Assembly: GCA_013239625.1 (NCBI GenBank)
Contig: MU054187.1
Coordinates: 12,990,974 to 13,054,973, forward strand
Origin: Lama guanicoe
Lineage: Eukaryota
Reading direction: 5' to 3'
Length of the DNA stretch: 64,000 nucleotides
Part shown: piece after piece, positions 1 to 11,960 of the stretch
How the letters are laid out: each line of letters opens with the position of its first letter
How positions within the stretch are numbered: position 1 is the first letter of the stretch
Made by a program: the position numbers and the translations under genes
Notes under the pieces: model-generated
What the model was told of the DNA's origin: nothing
Database searches by the model: none
The model's input: only the letters and a program-made list of their open reading frames with translations

Positions 1-3000
1 AAATTATAGTGAGGAAAACAAATTCAGATAATTTGTGTTCTAAGCTTTGTAGAAATGATAAAGCAACTTTAAAATAACTTCTGATAATAGAAATTTGTAA
101 AATTGAATTAACCTATCATCCTAAAATATGCAATGCACAATTAAATCCATCTTAACATGCAGAAAACTTAGCCACCTAACTCAAGATTGCATCTCTTATC
201 ATCTTGGAAATCTGATATACCAATTCAAAATTACTATTTGAATTACCATCAGAATTCCTGAAACCCTGTTTGGAGTGAAGATTCCAATTGCATCTGGTTT
301 TATGTCACTTAAAGGCAAATTCCTCTACTTTAAGACAAGTTTAGCTTCTTCCTGAGTTTGAATCTAAATTTACAGTAGAAAAAGCTCAGAATTAGAGCTC
401 TTAGTTCTGCTCACTCACACCTCTTTTTTGCCCTCCCCCATCCCTCACCCCCAGACAACCAAAAATAAACACTCAAACTAGCAATATATGAACTGACCAA
501 TCTTAGGCTCCCATGGACTTAAGACAACCAGAAAAAACAAAGATGGAAAGAATCACTGCTTTGCAAACAAGGCTTTAATTAGGTCCGCAAATAAAAACCC
601 TTTTACTGCTAGAGCCCTGAGTCCTTCTGAAGAAATGTGTCCCACCTAATTCTCACACTTAAACACAACACAAACATCAACGCGCAGCCTCTACTAAAGA
701 GAAGCTTGAACATACACCCACACGTTGGAAATCTTCTCCGATTAGATGCTGCAATATTTGTCTAAGAGAAACATTACCCCCCAAAAGCCTATGTCTTAAA
801 AATGATGCTTTAACAATCTCTCTAATAAGAAATTTCTCTTCCATCCTGTCCTGGAAGACAAACTGCCCCAAAGAGTAGGAAAAATAGTGAAAAGAAAAGC
901 CACAAATGATATTTTCATAACCATTCCATCAGTCTCTCCAGGTCAAGCTTTAATTGTTTAATCGTAACTAAAATATTTATTAATTCATCTGGAAACATAG
1001 CACTTCTAACAGTGCTTTTCCGAATGCAAGTCAAGCATTTAGGTATGCTATTTTATATTTTTTGCCTATTTATGTTTTCTATTTCAAAGATTTATAAAGT
1101 GGGTGAAACCAACTGTTCACTGCACCAGTAACGATTCACAGGAGAACTTGGAATCAAATACAAAAATATGAAGAGTTGCAACTTTTGAAATAGGAAACAT
1201 TAAAACAACGATTCTCACTAAAGAACATTTCAACTAGGAAATTTGAAAAAGCAAAATGTTTGAGGCTGTAGCTCAGTGTCTGTCCTTATCCCTTAGATGA
1301 ACCATGAAAAGAGACACTAGCCTGTGAATACAGAACCTACAAACACTGAGTCTTATGATAATTTGGCAGCAGACTTAAGAAGAAACTTAATATTCTCTGC
1401 CTCTCCACTCCATTCCCTTCTTGTTTGTTCTTCAGATGAAGTTATGGGTTTTGATACAGGAGATTTTCATGTTTTCTTAGCCTCATTATAGGAACAAGTG
1501 GTTGCAGGAAATTGGGGGGAAAAAAGGCTCTGGTGAAAGAAGACAGTCTATAAAAGTGGAGGCAGGGCCAACAACTGTGTAAACTAAAGGGAAGCTTGGT
1601 TGATCTAATTAAGGAGACAATTCCAATTGGGCCACAGTGAAGTCACTTAAAATCAGTCATGGCAGAGATAGGTAGAAATACTCCTTACGGAGTTAGGAGA
1701 GGTGATTGATCTTTTAAACATGCTTTGAAATGTGAAGAAATTTCTTGTTCTTTCATTCCTCCAGTTCATTGGTAAACACTACTGGTTGCAAAATAAATAA
1801 GATTTCAAAGAAAGAATAGGAAAATCCATAATGATCATATCCCAGGAAAGCTGGCCAGACACTATGAATTTGCTGATTTTAAGCTCGATTCCTCTAGTGG
1901 TGACTGAGAGAAATGATACAAATGCATTATGCAACATGTAAGTAGCATGAGAAATTGATTCACAAACTTAATAATAGCCCAGAACTTTCTGATATTGTTT
2001 GCCCCTGAATAGGCATGTAATATAGATGGTGAAATTTTGGGTCCATACTTTCGAACTGCAGACTAAAATAAAACTGAACACCCCACTAGATTGACTAAAA
2101 TCCCATGTAGTCTTTGGATAATTCATATTGATATCTTTCAACTTCACTTTCTAAACACCCTAATAACCCTTGCAAAGTTCACCAGTGCAGGATGCCTGGA
2201 AACAGAGTGAGATGAGTACCTGGGTACTTGTCTGAAATGGGTCTAAAAAAAATCCAGTTCTAAGGCATAAGGTAATTAAGATTTTCTTTTAGGGTAAGAA
2301 ATAAGTTCCGAGTACTTCCCAGATTAATGGTTTGGCAGATGACACAATTCCCTAAAATATTTCATTATTTTGAATTTATTTTAGATATGCAAAAATCTTA
2401 TCAAGTACATATTAACGTGCTATTAAGCTATTAAATGTAAATATTCAGAAATATTATCATTTCGCATGCCCTTAAAACACAAGCCACACATCATTCACAC
2501 AAAGCCATCCAAGGGGGCGGCCCCCAGCACATGCTCTGTTTCAATATTGCCTGGTTCTTATTCTGTAGGAGACAATTTGCCAGTAAGATGATGACAAAAT
2601 GAAAACACCTTATACCTATTTCATTTTTTAATATATAAGAAAATTAGCAATTATAATTTCATAATTGCACCTACCAACATGTATTGGTATTAAGCTGAGT
2701 AATCTAGCATACTTAATCTTTTTTTATTTTTAAGTCACTTTAAATAAGTGTCCCATTTGGACTTCACAGTGATGAGAATGGCTGTTAAAGGTTTCCACCT
2801 ATGGTCCCCTGATGCTGCCCTCAGGGGCCGCCCTGCATGCTGACACTGGCGTGGGGCCGGCCAGTGCAGGGCCTGCCGTGGTCTGTGTGCCTGCACACAC
2901 CAGGCCACACCGAAGCAGTCAGGCTCACACCTGAAGCCACATTCCAAAGGAGAAGAAAAAAGAACTGCTTGCATTTATTTGCTCTATAAAATCTATTTAA

Positions 3001-4245
3001 ATGCTAGAATGACATTCCTATAAATAACTTAAATTTCTTTTTGATTGCCCATCAAAATGGGAAGAAAAGTGTTTCAGATGAAAAGGAACCTTATTCAGGG
3101 ATTCCTTTTAGCTAGGTCAGCAAAGTTTTTACTTTTGACAGTGACCATTTTTCATAAATTATTTACTCAAAAAAGAAAACACAGACTCCTTAACACGTAA
3201 AAGCACTCACTGTTGCTACAAAAGTTATTTTATATTGTGTCTATTATCATAAATTATGTATCGTTGTTTCAAAAAGGCTTCGCTAATACATACTGGGATA
3301 CTGCACCAAACAACTTTATGGCATTTAGTTTTGTTTATTTTTAAGAACTGTGATAAAAGATCAACACGGTGATTGAGAAAAAATGATGGTTAAGGGTTTT
3401 GTGTATGGATGGAATTCTAATATAGATAATGTATTGAACGTCTAGTGAAACTTATGTTCTAAGTTCATCAAGGTCCTAAGGCTTAATAAGGAATAAATAA
3501 GCAAAAATATCACCTGCAAAGAATTTTTCAATAGGCTAAAGTAGAAATAAATACAATGCAATATATAACATATCCACCTAGCTGTTGAAATTTAAAAACA
3601 TGCATAGGACCTAAATAAATGTGCATGACAGCTAACAACACATACAAATAGCTTTATCTATATGTTTAGACTTAGGTATATATAGGTATGTATGGATTAA
3701 AGTAGGTATTTTTATTTACATAAATATTCATACGTATTAATTATACAAAAATAATTGTAACAGTACTATGTTTGAATAAGCTACTTAATCTCTAAGAAAG
3801 TAAATTAATTTCACGTTATCTTCCAAATCAGGTTGTATATTTATAAACAATAAAGGTTTTTTTTTTTTTACTTATTTATATTTTAATGGCCAAAGCCACA
3901 AGAACATTAGGCACACAAATTGTTTTATTGATATTTAAAAACAACCCAGCCCAATGTTGCATTTAAACAAATTTGGTTATATTTAGTAACAAAGGGAAAG
4001 TCAAATAAAGGAAATAATTCCAAATTTTCATTGCTTAGATAGCAAAACAACTGCAAATTGATACTGTGCTGTGGAGAACGAGCAACAGGAAGATAAAACA
4101 CACTCAAAGGTTAAACATGTCATGCACACATACACAGGTGTACCATGTATACATATGCGTCTATGCAAAATAAAGCCAGTCTACGTAATGTTACAATAAC
4201 GTGAGCCCCGGAGGGTGGATACTGATTCATAAGTCAAACTACCTA

Positions 4246-4626
<381 letters not shown>

Positions 4627-5857
4627 TCATCTTACATTTTAACTTCAGTCATCCTTTCATAACGTGTATTATTAAAAATGTCACTGGCCTTACCTATCCA
4701 GCCAAACATTCATATGGAGATTTTTTTGTTTTTAAATCTCTTTTTCTCTCTTAGATAGCTCGTCAAGTCACAAGATCTAAGGAGACAATTCCACCTATCT
4801 TTATTCCCAAAGAAAACATGCAGTCATGCTTTGTGTTCTGTATTGGGGGGAAAAAAAAAACAAACCCAAGATATTATTTTTTCTAAAAGAAAAGTAAAAT
4901 TGAAAAAAATCACTTTTCTATGGAATCTGTTTCATCTAATAAATTAGCACTAGGTACTCCCTTATAATTTACCGCCCAATTGTAATTTAATGGGTCTCCA
5001 AACCAAATAAAACACTTGAAGCCTAGAGTCCAGTGACAGGGAATGAGATAGCCTTGATGCATGTGTTTACTCTGGCAAACTGCTTAATTGTTCCTCTGTT
5101 TCCCTTGAAACAAATGCAGCATTAAAACATTATGATGCTGGCTCACTTGTTTGCTTTGTGGATTACATACAGCGTGCCCAGCTGAGGCGGGATGGGCCAG
5201 CATTCAGTGAGTCCCCTGGAACACTGCTCTCGGAGTACCTCAGCTGTCACTTACTCGGGGAAGTAAGATCAATTCCACTTCACTGCTAAAACTGGGCATT
5301 TTCACAACACAAAAACAGCAAAACGCCCCCCCTGAAAGTTCTTCGACTCGGCAGTTTCGTAGTCTCTCCAAGGTACAGAAGCCACTACTCATGCTCACAG
5401 TTTCAGAACCAGCCATTTATAGTTCATCTTCTATTAATGAAGAGAGGGCTTTTCTGTTTTCTGACAGCCAAGTGTTAGAAAGTCTGAGGCCCATTCACTT
5501 TATTTTAAACTTTATGTGTTTTTCTTAAAAAGGGGGGGGTTTATTATTACATGTATGAAGACAAGACTGGCTGCTCCTTAGCCCAACCATGTCAATAAAA
5601 GCTAGTCATTTTAATTCGGAGGTTGCACTTAAACTGACTGTAAACACCGGTTTTTAAAATGGCTTAACATGAAACCATTTTACTTCTACAGTGAGGTTTT
5701 ACTTGCCCAAATCTTCTGAATTCAAATGAGAAATGGCTAAAAATCCAATTTCTGTCTCCTAATTCTCATTACACATTCACAGATTTCTTAACACCAGGAA
5801 CCGTTTTCAAACCCAAGCTCCTAGTCCCTTTCTACACAGTTAAAATTTTCTCTACAA

Positions 5858-5864
<7 letters not shown>

Positions 5865-5890
<26 letters not shown>
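5865..5890. repeat. (CA)n microsatellite
   Basis: Direct reading of the CA run. Confidence 0.95.
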
Positions 5891-6018
5891 AATTGTCAAG
5901 TAATTTCCAACCAAAGCTGTGGCTATTAATAGAAATAATTAAGAAATACTAGACAAAAATAGATAGGGGTCACAGAAAGGTAATCTCCCCAAATGTCAAA
6001 TATCAACAATCTCCTTAC

Positions 6019-6068
6019 CTGCAACTTGAGGAAACAGCAACATCTGAACTGGTTTGAGATGTTTGCAC
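6019..6068 (-). other. EYA1: EYA1 50-nt exon (5' UTR in the canonical isoform; encodes the alternative N-terminus MLLFPQVA from ATG 6043)
   Basis: ccctgatcacag|GTGCAAACATCTCAAACCAGTTCAGATGTTGCTGTTTCCTCAAGTTGCAG|gtaagg has canonical splice sites. MLLFPQVA matches my recollection of a known alternative EYA1 N-terminus. Confidence 0.9.
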
Positions 6069-6379
6069 CTGTGATCAGGGGTAAAAAATTAGAAGCTGTT
6101 GTTACTCTGCTTCAGTGTTAGCTCTTAATTATACAGAGCACATGGCTGAGGACGACAATGCTCTCTTTTAACCAAAAGAGAAAAAGGAGGATACTGCAGC
6201 GGTGAAAGGCATATTGTCTTTAAGTTGAAGCCTCCACTGTTGTTTCCTCCTCCAGGTCTACCCTCCTCCTCCCCTTGTCAGGGGGGGAAGGCAGCCAAAT
6301 GACGGGATAGTGATTCATCACTGGCCTATGACAGCTGCAAACGGGATTACCCCTCCCCCAATCAACATGCAAAGCAGCC

Positions 6380-6600
6380 TTACCCAGGCAGCTTGGAAAA
6401 GGTGCTTGGAAAAAAATAGCTATTAGCAAAATGAGCGTGTTTCACAGCAGCAGTTCAAGCATTAACCCTCCAGCATCCTTAGAAGATCTTTCATCTTCTG
6501 CTATCACCCGCTGAAATAGAGTTCCCGCCCACGCCTTTGACTCCTGACAGTTCTTATCCTTATCGTGGTGGTTTTCTCCTATATTTACCATTGGTCATTT
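6380..6600 (-). promoter_or_regulatory. Putative alternative internal EYA1 promoter just upstream of the 50-nt exon
   Basis: Minus strand shows GACCAATGG (NF-Y box, ~6588-6596), tandem GATAAG GATAAG (6553-6564) and GGCGTGGGCGGGAA (GC/E2F-like box, ~6522-6535), followed by a candidate donor TGG|gtaagg at 6384/6383. Confidence 0.5.
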
Positions 6601-9600
6601 AGCATTCACTAAAACAGCTTCTGGGCAACTTTCAGGCGATGCCGGGACTAAATTCGGGATGGCCAAGGCGAGTTCTCATCCCTGAAGTCCCACAGTTGAG
6701 CACTGGGCTTCATCTACCCAAGCAAATTTAAAATGCAGTTCATTTTAAAATTCAGTGAAATCCATCAGTGCCTGGTGCAAGAGAAAAAGCAGTTTGCTTT
6801 TCAATTTCCCATCTTTTAAACCAGGAGCGAGAATGCACAGTTTAATAATCAATTCACTGTCTCAGTTTGCCAGAGTTTTGGTCTCATTTGCCTCCAGATG
6901 AATCTGTGTCTGGGATTTCACTGAACAACTAACTTAACGCGCAGGCTTTGCTAGTCACTGCCCTTCCTCCAGAGGCAGCACAAACTGCCAGCAGGTGACA
7001 AGCTCAGGTGAGGGTGGGCTGCTGGCTCACAGGCTCAGGCTAACGCCCGTCTCCAAAGTAAAGAGCATTCTGCATAACGTTTAAAATGATTCAGAATTCC
7101 AAATCCTTGATGTGCATTTTCATTCAACCTGAACTAGCATCAATTAGGGTTATAGAACAAAGATGAAAACTGAAGCATCTCAAATGGCATTAAAGTTATC
7201 CAGCCAAATTTCTTCTATTGAGTCCTGTTATTTTTTAATTATGATTTATGAAATTAAGAAGTACTACCTTTTTGGCAAGAATAAAGCATTGTTAAAGTCT
7301 AAATATCTCGGTGTAATGTTACATGAAATTTCTAGGTATATTTTCCTATAATATGTGCAAGACAAAAAGCAATTTTTAAGAGATGTCTGCATAGTCAATG
7401 AAAATTTAATTTTAATGCCTGTAGATAGGTCATTTTGTGATAACAGCCTTCTGTAATTTTTGTTAAAATTAATGTTCTTACACAAGACTGAATGTTTTCC
7501 TTCAGAAACTGCAGCATATACCTCAAGGATAAATTTTTTTTTCCTTTTTTCCACTTGTATACACCTGGAATAAATTATAGGTGAGAACTAACTTAGTTTT
7601 AAGAACTCTCTTGGCTTAATTATGTGAAAGACTATGTAAAACACACTTTCTGTTAAATGTTAAAATACATTCCTATTTTAGTATTAGCTAGAGACTATAA
7701 TCCTAGAAATATAATTTTAGTTTCATTGTATACTTTGAAGGTCTGATTATATTTATATTTGAGATTTTACCTATCGTATTTAAATTTCAAAGTCAATCTG
7801 TTAATAAAAAGATTAACTTCAAAATAAGAATTATTCTAACAGGTTTTCTCACTGAAAAAAAAATGCATTCTCACAACATACTTTTTTAACGCTGGCTCGA
7901 CTCGGTCTGTACTGTACTTGGTGCACCACAAGTTTTGATTCTGTATCCATGATCCTCATTTCATTAAGTGTACTTCAGATATATTCTTTTGTGTCTCAGG
8001 GATTATTTAAACCATGTGTTGTGTGTTACTGTTTTTAAAAATGACTCTTTAATCAAAATAACTTTAAAACAACTAATCCTCACTTAGGCTGGTCAGCTGA
8101 ATCCACATCGTGGTCCAGGAAAAATAAATCTACTCTCAAGAATGCGAATGCAGACAACAATTAGACACAGATGTGAGCAAAATTAGTTACAGTTTACAAA
8201 ATGCTACACTTCACATGCTTTTAGTTTTTTATGTGTAGTACAAGATTACAGTGCAGTGAGGAAACATACTCTTGTAATGACTTATCTAAAAAGAACACCT
8301 ATTTCTGATGGGCTTTGATTTTCTCTTCTGTTTGACAATATCTCTGGAAGTTTCTGGGTTTTAAAGTCTAAAAACGTAACATGTTGCAAAAAATAATTAA
8401 TGAGGCACGTTTCCATTCAAAGGAGAAAAACATTATTTCATGGTTTTCAGAAAAAGGCTGCTGGGCATTCAGTAAGCTCACATTTTCTGCTTTCCATCCC
8501 TAAACCTAATATGTTTCTTGTCTTCTCCTAATCTGGTATTTTTAATTCAAATGCTCCTGTGAGTGCAAAACTATTTCCCGTAACGTTATAAATGGTCATC
8601 TTATATTACAATGAAGTCATTTCACTTTAATGCTTTTTAAAACTCTTTGTATAGAACGCCCCGTGTAGCGTACTGACAGAGTTGTGAAAATACAAAGAAA
8701 ACAAGATAGCAGGGCTTCTTAGAATTTAAATTCAGGAATCCTAAAGGAGTAACTTTGACTTCTGATTAGTTAATGAGGTCTTTTAAGTTTGCCTTTTTTT
8801 CTAATTAAATTTATAATTCTTCACAGATGTAACTTTTGTTGATGTTCAATTTGTCTCTCTCATTTTGTTAAACCTCACATAGTACTTCGCCAATCCATTG
8901 AATAGCCACATTAAATCTGTTAATACCATGCTCTTCAACCCCCGAAATTATTTCCAGAAGGCAAACTTGCTTTGAGAGATCATCAAACAAGACTTAAGGT
9001 ACACATTTTATCACATTTTCCCTACCACAGAGATCAGGATGCAGAGCAAAATTCATGACTTTTGCACTGTTTATTATACTTTGCTAAATTACAAATCAAA
9101 AGCATCTGACAGAAGATCATGGATGAAGCCAAAAAGTTAATAATGTTCTGTGAAAAGTAAACTGTAAATGGAAAGGGATTCTAAATCTCAGCAGCAGAGA
9201 GCAAATAAAATGTAGGTACTTGTCTAAATTATGGGTTTTCCACTGGCTTTTTTTGCTTGCTAGAAGCAATTTTTATAAAATGACTATAATTTTAAACTTT
9301 TTTTTTCAAACTAAAAAGAAATTTTCAAAGTGAAAGTACTGAACTTTTCTAAATAAATAGACTTGGCAGGCGAGCTAGTTTTGCCCAACCACAGATCAAC
9401 CTGAGTCCTCCCAAATTTGAAAGACAATGGCAATTTTCTAATCAGAATGTATTTTATAGCAAAAAAAAAAAAATGTGCCTCAGGCATAGATCTGCTTTTA
9501 AATCGGAATATATTCTTGCTAAAAAGCTCCTTAATCAATATTCCCAAGTACGGTGTCAATGATGTAATAAAAACCTAAACCTAACAGTGAAATGAACTTC

Positions 9601-11220
9601 CAGGAAGAGGTAGATGTCTTTTAAATGTTTAACACTTACCTCCTTCTTTATCTAAGACTCCAAAAAATTAATGTTTTAATACTCTTTACAGATTTTTAAT
9701 GTAATATACGGTATCACTGATTCAAGTGACTTGTTTAAAGAAAATGACAAAATAGAGTCCCCGTGAAAACAAAAACAAGTATTTAAACAACATTGATTCT
9801 ACCTATAGACTGAAAAGACTGTTTTCAAAAGTAGCATTTATTTAAGATGCTGAGTGAAATACTTTTGATATCTTATTAAATGGAAGAAAAGGTTTTATTC
9901 TCGCTGCAAGGTTTTTTTTTTCTTTCAATGTATTCTTATAAAATACATTTTCACAGTCAAATGGAAATTTTCTTTTCAGAAAATCATTTATTATGTCTAC
10001 AAAACTCCCAGAGCAGTTGACTTCCCTTTGCCATTCTAAAGCTGAACAGTGGCTCAATTAGGCTTTTCTGTCTGTCACCGCGAAGAATTTTCAGGATTGA
10101 AAATCCAGGGCTGTTTGCTCACTTACTGAACACTTTGGGCCTTAGGAGAACTCAAGCAGCGAGAAAGTCAAATATCAAATATTTGATAATGCAAAAAAGC
10201 ATGACTGTTCGTGGATGCATGTCTTCAAATCCCAAACAGTGGGCAAAAAGACTCACACCCACCTAAAATAAAACCTACTCTGAAAGACACATTGAGCAAA
10301 CAATCCCCAGCCTATAAAACTACACTATGTGCTTAACTAGCGACTTTTCGTACCCCTTGTCATTTTAAGAAATGAAACCTAAAAACGCTTGTCTACGTGC
10401 AATGACAGCTCTGAATTTATTGAATGCCCGCAAATGCTGTGCTTAAATGTGTTCAAAAACTCCTCCCAAGAAATATAAGCCTATGAGTCATGAGCAATTC
10501 GTATACTGATTCAGAATGACAAATATTTTAAATGGTAATTCAAAAGTTTAAGAGCCTTGTTTTTAATTTCAAGGTCCATTCAAGTCATATTAAGTGTCAA
10601 TAAGTGAGAAATACATTAACTAGGCAAATGTTTATTATTTCACCTTTTGAAGATGAGCCTGTTTAATATGTTTGGGAAATCTGTTTATTGAAACAAAAGG
10701 ATTTCCTTCCTTAAAAAGTGGTTTCAATTTATTTCTGTTATCTGTTGTCCTTTGAAAATGTTAATTCCTTCCTCATCTTCTCAAATCAAACTACAATATG
10801 TAGGAAAAGTTATCTGTGTGTTGCAATGGATAGATACATTTACCGCTTTAATCAATATCAAGGAGTTACAGCCGAGGTCTGTGCAGAAAAGAGATATAAA
10901 CTAACCTCCCTACAAGAAAAGAGCCATGTATTATATTTATAGAGAGCACAACAAAATTGTTAACAATTAATTTGTAATTACCTCTTAATGATTCTAATCG
11001 CTCAGCTAATTTGGGGGTTAAGAACTTATACTTTTATGATGCAACTCTGTGGCTGATAAAGCACTAAGTACAAAGTGTCATAATCTTCCCCACGCCCTAA
11101 TGTTTTTATTTTAAAACAAATCAAAACAATAACTCAAAGCGCTCCGGTTATCTTGGGCTTTGCCCACAGGACAGCTGTTGTCATTCGCTACAATTTTTCA
11201 AACAGTCAGCTTGTACTTAC

Positions 11221-11535
11221 AGCGCTTACATCTGCTGCATCCACCAGTTTAATGTGCTCCTCCGAATTTTCTGGTTTAGCAAACCTCCATTCCTGACATA
11301 GTTTTGCTCCTGGATCAGGACGCGGGAGGGCTTTTAGGAGCTCTGAGCGGAGCCCGGCGCTTCTGGAAGCGGAGCGCGTCTGCGGGGGGACGCCCGGCCG
11401 CGGGGACGGCCGCCTGGCCGCTGCTGCAGGCTCGGGCTGCCGGGCGACTGAGCGCGGACGCTCTCCCCCGCGAGGAAACCGCCACACCGGACGGCAACAG
11501 GAAGGCTTAGAGTCGGAAGTGGCACTGGAGAGTTT
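11221..11535 (-). other. EYA1: EYA1 first exon (3' boundary 11221; 5' boundary/TSS approximate)
   Basis: Donor GCGCT|gtaagt at 11221/11220 lies directly downstream (minus-strand sense) of the only CpG island in the window, about 5.15 kb from the 50-nt exon. Confidence 0.75.
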
Positions 11536-11960
11536 CTACCTCGCCCCAAACTCGGAGCCATCGGCTCCCACCGTTCTGCTTGGTAACCGCCTTGAGCCCT
11601 GCGCTCTCTCCCCACTAAAGAGCAGCAGCAGATAGCATCTGAGAACCCCAGACAAAGAAACGGCACAATCTCACCCCTCTTGGATTTGTTTGCGCAGCCT
11701 TGTAGGTCTGCCCGTGGAGCCTCGGGGCTTTTCTTGTTTTTGCAACGCAAACCACAGCTATTCTCTTGTCCTAACCTTATTGGTTTAAATGCAACAATTG
11801 AAGGAGCACTGCTCTCTCTGACTCAACCTTGCTGCACAGGAAAAATTTATTATGTAAATGAACGCGCCCCATGCTATCTGAATAAACAGCTGTGTGAGAA
11901 TCACTTCTCCGAGACACTGTCAACACAGAGCTCTGCTGCAGCAGCTACCAATTACGAGCT
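11310..11960 (-). promoter_or_regulatory. CpG island and promoter of EYA1
   Basis: CpG-dense GC-rich core at ~11320-11520 in an AT-rich background. ETS-like CGGAAGTG at ~11514-11521, minus-strand CCAAT at 11779-11783, SOX-like AACAAT at ~11793, E-box CAGCTG at ~11887. Confidence 0.8.

Noticed and set aside
2769..2934. C/D snoRNA-like boxes (GTGATGA...CTGA) on the plus strand
   Set aside because: Antisense to the host gene, with no convincing terminal stem and no recognisable rRNA guide.
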